Assembly: GCA_964016885.1 (NCBI GenBank)
Contig: OZ024748.1
Location: 45,322,001 to 45,386,000, forward strand
From: Eledone cirrhosa
Taxonomy: Eukaryota
Direction: 5' to 3'
DNA: 64,000 bases
Part shown: piece after piece, positions 60,826 through 64,000 of the stretch
Numbering within the stretch: the first letter of the stretch is position 1
Layout of the letters: each line of letters starts with the position of its first letter
The notes under the pieces: generated by a model
What the model was told of the DNA's origin: nothing
Databases searched by the model: none
Seen by the model: only the letters and a program-made list of their open reading frames with translations
Translations under genes and position numbers: made by a program

Positions 60826-61220
60826 TGTTTCTACTTTTGGCACAAGGCCAGCAATTATCCCAATGTATTACTGGTACCTTATTTTATCGACCCCGTAAGG
60901 ATGAAAGGCAAAGTTAACCTCGGCGGGATTTGAACTCAGATCGTAAAGGGGCGTAACTCTATGCTGCAAAGCATGGCGTCCGACTCTCTACCGATTCTGC
61001 CAATCCACCAACATTCACATAATTACACATAATTGTTTCTACTTTTGGCACAAGGCCAGCAATTACTCCAGTGTATTACTGGTACTTTATTTTATCGACC
61101 CCGTAAGGATGAAAGGCAAAGTTAACCTCGGCGGGATTTGAACTCAGAATGATAAGGGCCGTAACTCTATGCGCCAAAGCATGGCGTCCGACCCTCTACC
61201 GATACTGCCAATCCACCGCT
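60826..61220 (-). mobile_element. Two tandem tRNA-derived SINEs (same family as 39937-42037)
   Basis: Same A/B box, core and tail motifs. Confidence 0.85.
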
Positions 61221-61244
61221 CTTAATTACACATAATGATGGACA

Positions 61245-64000
61245 TATATACATACACACAATGATAGAGTCATATATATATACACACAATGATAGAGTCA
61301 TATATATACATACACAATGATAGAGTCATATATATATACACACAATGATAGAGTCATATATATATACACACAATGATAGAGTCATATATATACATACACA
61401 CAATGATAGAGTCATATATATATATACACACAATGATAGAGTCATATATATATATACACACAATGATAGAGTCATATATATATATACACACAATCATAGA
61501 GTCATATATATATACACACAATGATAGAGTCATATATATATACACACAATGATAGAGTCATATATATACATACACACAATGATAGAGTCATATATATATA
61601 CACACAATGATAGAGTCATATATATATACACACAATGATAGAGTCATATATATACATACACACAATGATAGAGTCATATATATACATACACAATGATAGA
61701 GTCATATATATATACACACAATGATAGAGTCATATATATATACACACAATGATAGAGTCATATATATATACACACAATGATAGAGTCATATATATACATA
61801 CACACAATGATAGAGTCATATATATATACACACAATGATAGAGTCATATATATATACACACAATGATAGAGTCATATATATATACACACAATGATAGAGT
61901 CAGATATATATACACACAATGATAGAGTCATATATATACATACACACAATGATAGAGTCATATATATACATACACACAATGATAGAGTCATATATATATA
62001 CACACAATGATAGAGTCATATATATACATACACACAATGATAGAGTCATATATATACATACACAATGATAGAGTCATATATATATACACACAATGATAGA
62101 GTCATATATATACATACACACAATGATAGAGTCATATATATATACACACAATGATAGAGTCATATATATATACACACAATGATAGAGTCATATATATATA
62201 CACACAATGATAGAGTCATATATATATACACACAATGATAGAGTCATATATATATACACACAATGATAGAGTCATATATATATACACACAATGATAGAGT
62301 CATATATATACATACACAATGATAGAGTCATATATATATACACACAATGATAGAGTCATATATATATACATACACAATGATAGAGTCATATATACACACA
62401 ATGATAGAGTCATATATATACATACACAATAATAGAGTCATATATATACATACACAATGATAGAGTCATATATATATACACACAATGATAGAGTCATGTA
62501 TATATACACACAATGATAGAGTCATATATATACATACACACAATGATAGAGTCATATATATATACACACAATGATAGAGTCATATATATATATACACACA
62601 ATGATAGAGTCATATATATATACACACAATGATAGAGTCATATATATACATACACAATAATAGAGTCATATATATATACACACAATGATAGAGTCATATA
62701 TATATATACACACAATGATAGAGTCATATATATATACACACAATGATAGAGTCATATATATACACACAATGATAGAGTCATATATATATACACACAATGA
62801 TAGAGTCATATATATATACACACAATGATAGAGTCATATATATATATACACACAATGATAGAGTCATATATATACACACAATGATAGAGTCATATATATA
62901 CACACAATGATAGAGTCATATATATATACACACAATGATAGAGTCATATATATATATACACACAATGATAGAGTCATATATATATACACACAATGATAGA
63001 GTCATATATATACATACACACAATGATAGAGTCATATATATATACACACAATGATAGAGTCATATATATATACACACAATGATAGAGTCATATATATATA
63101 CACACAATGATAGAGTCATATATATACACACAATGATAGAGTCATATATATATACACACAATGATAGAGTCATATATATACATACACACAATGATAGAGT
63201 CATATATATATACACACAATGATAGAGTCATATATATACATACACACAATGATAGAGTCATATATATATACACACAATGATAGAGTCATATATATATATA
63301 CACACAATGATAGAGTCATATATATATACACACAATGATAGAGTCATATATATATACACACAATGATAGAGTCATATATATACATACACACAATGATAGA
63401 GTCATATATATATACACACAATGATAGAGTCATATATATATACACACAATGATAGAGTCATATATATATACACACAATGATAGAGTCAGATATATATACA
63501 CACAATGATAGAGTCATATATATACATACACACAATGATAGAGTCATATATATACATACACACAATGATAGAGTCATATATATATACACACAATGATAGA
63601 GTCATATATATACATACACACAATGATAGAGTCATATATATACATACACAATGATAGAGTCATATATATATACACACAATGATAGAGTCATATATATACA
63701 TACACACAATGATAGAGTCATATATATATACACACAATGATAGAGTCATATATATATACACACAATGATAGAGTCATATATATATACACACAATGATAGA
63801 GTCATATATATATACACACAATGATAGAGTCATATATATATACACACAATGATAGAGTCATATATATATACACACAATGATAGAGTCATATATATACATA
63901 CACAATGATAGAGTCATATATATATACACACAATGATAGAGTCATATATATATACATACACAATGATAGAGTCATATATACACACAATGATAGAGTCATA
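61245..64000. repeat. ~28-32-bp satellite (CACAATGATAGAGTC(AT)n) running off the window end; inverted seeds at ~58830-58970 and 59217-59315
   Basis: Direct reading. Confidence 0.95.

Noticed and set aside
61245-64000. CRISPR-like periodic array (also 49825-50465)
   Set aside because: No unique spacers, no cas genes, eukaryotic context; simple satellites.

Overview
Repeat-saturated, AT-rich eukaryotic DNA, most likely intronic or intergenic. The SINE families and the (TA)n/(CA)n density suggest an octopus-like cephalopod (inference). Almost all ORFs in the track are microsatellite artefacts. The only clear protein-coding material is retrotransposon-derived: a 5'-truncated RTE-like LINE (22671-25272, minus strand; RT plus 3 C2H2 fingers; ~570-bp target duplication) and several RTE 3' fragments. 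The main hidden signal is RNA-structural. I can fold more than 25 type I hammerhead ribozyme (HHR) motifs (CUGANGA...GAAA, palindromic stem III) from at least 6 unrelated non-coding families. One family is a near-perfect 466-bp tandem array (32969-36972) with one HHR and one ATGCAAAT octamer per monomer, which looks like a retrozyme or newt-satellite-2-like unit. Dispersed and diverged copies of it occur elsewhere in the window. The other families sit inside (TA)n runs as head-to-head fold-backs with 3' ends pointing outward, and many share a GAGTRCT motif near the 3' end. Together this suggests a community of Penelope-type, TA-targeted, self-cleaving non-autonomous retroelements inserted by twin or double target priming. 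Also present: a 4.8/5.9-kb tandem segmental duplication, tRNA-derived SINEs, minisatellites, and an assembly gap with duplicated flanks. All structures were folded by eye and none were tested.
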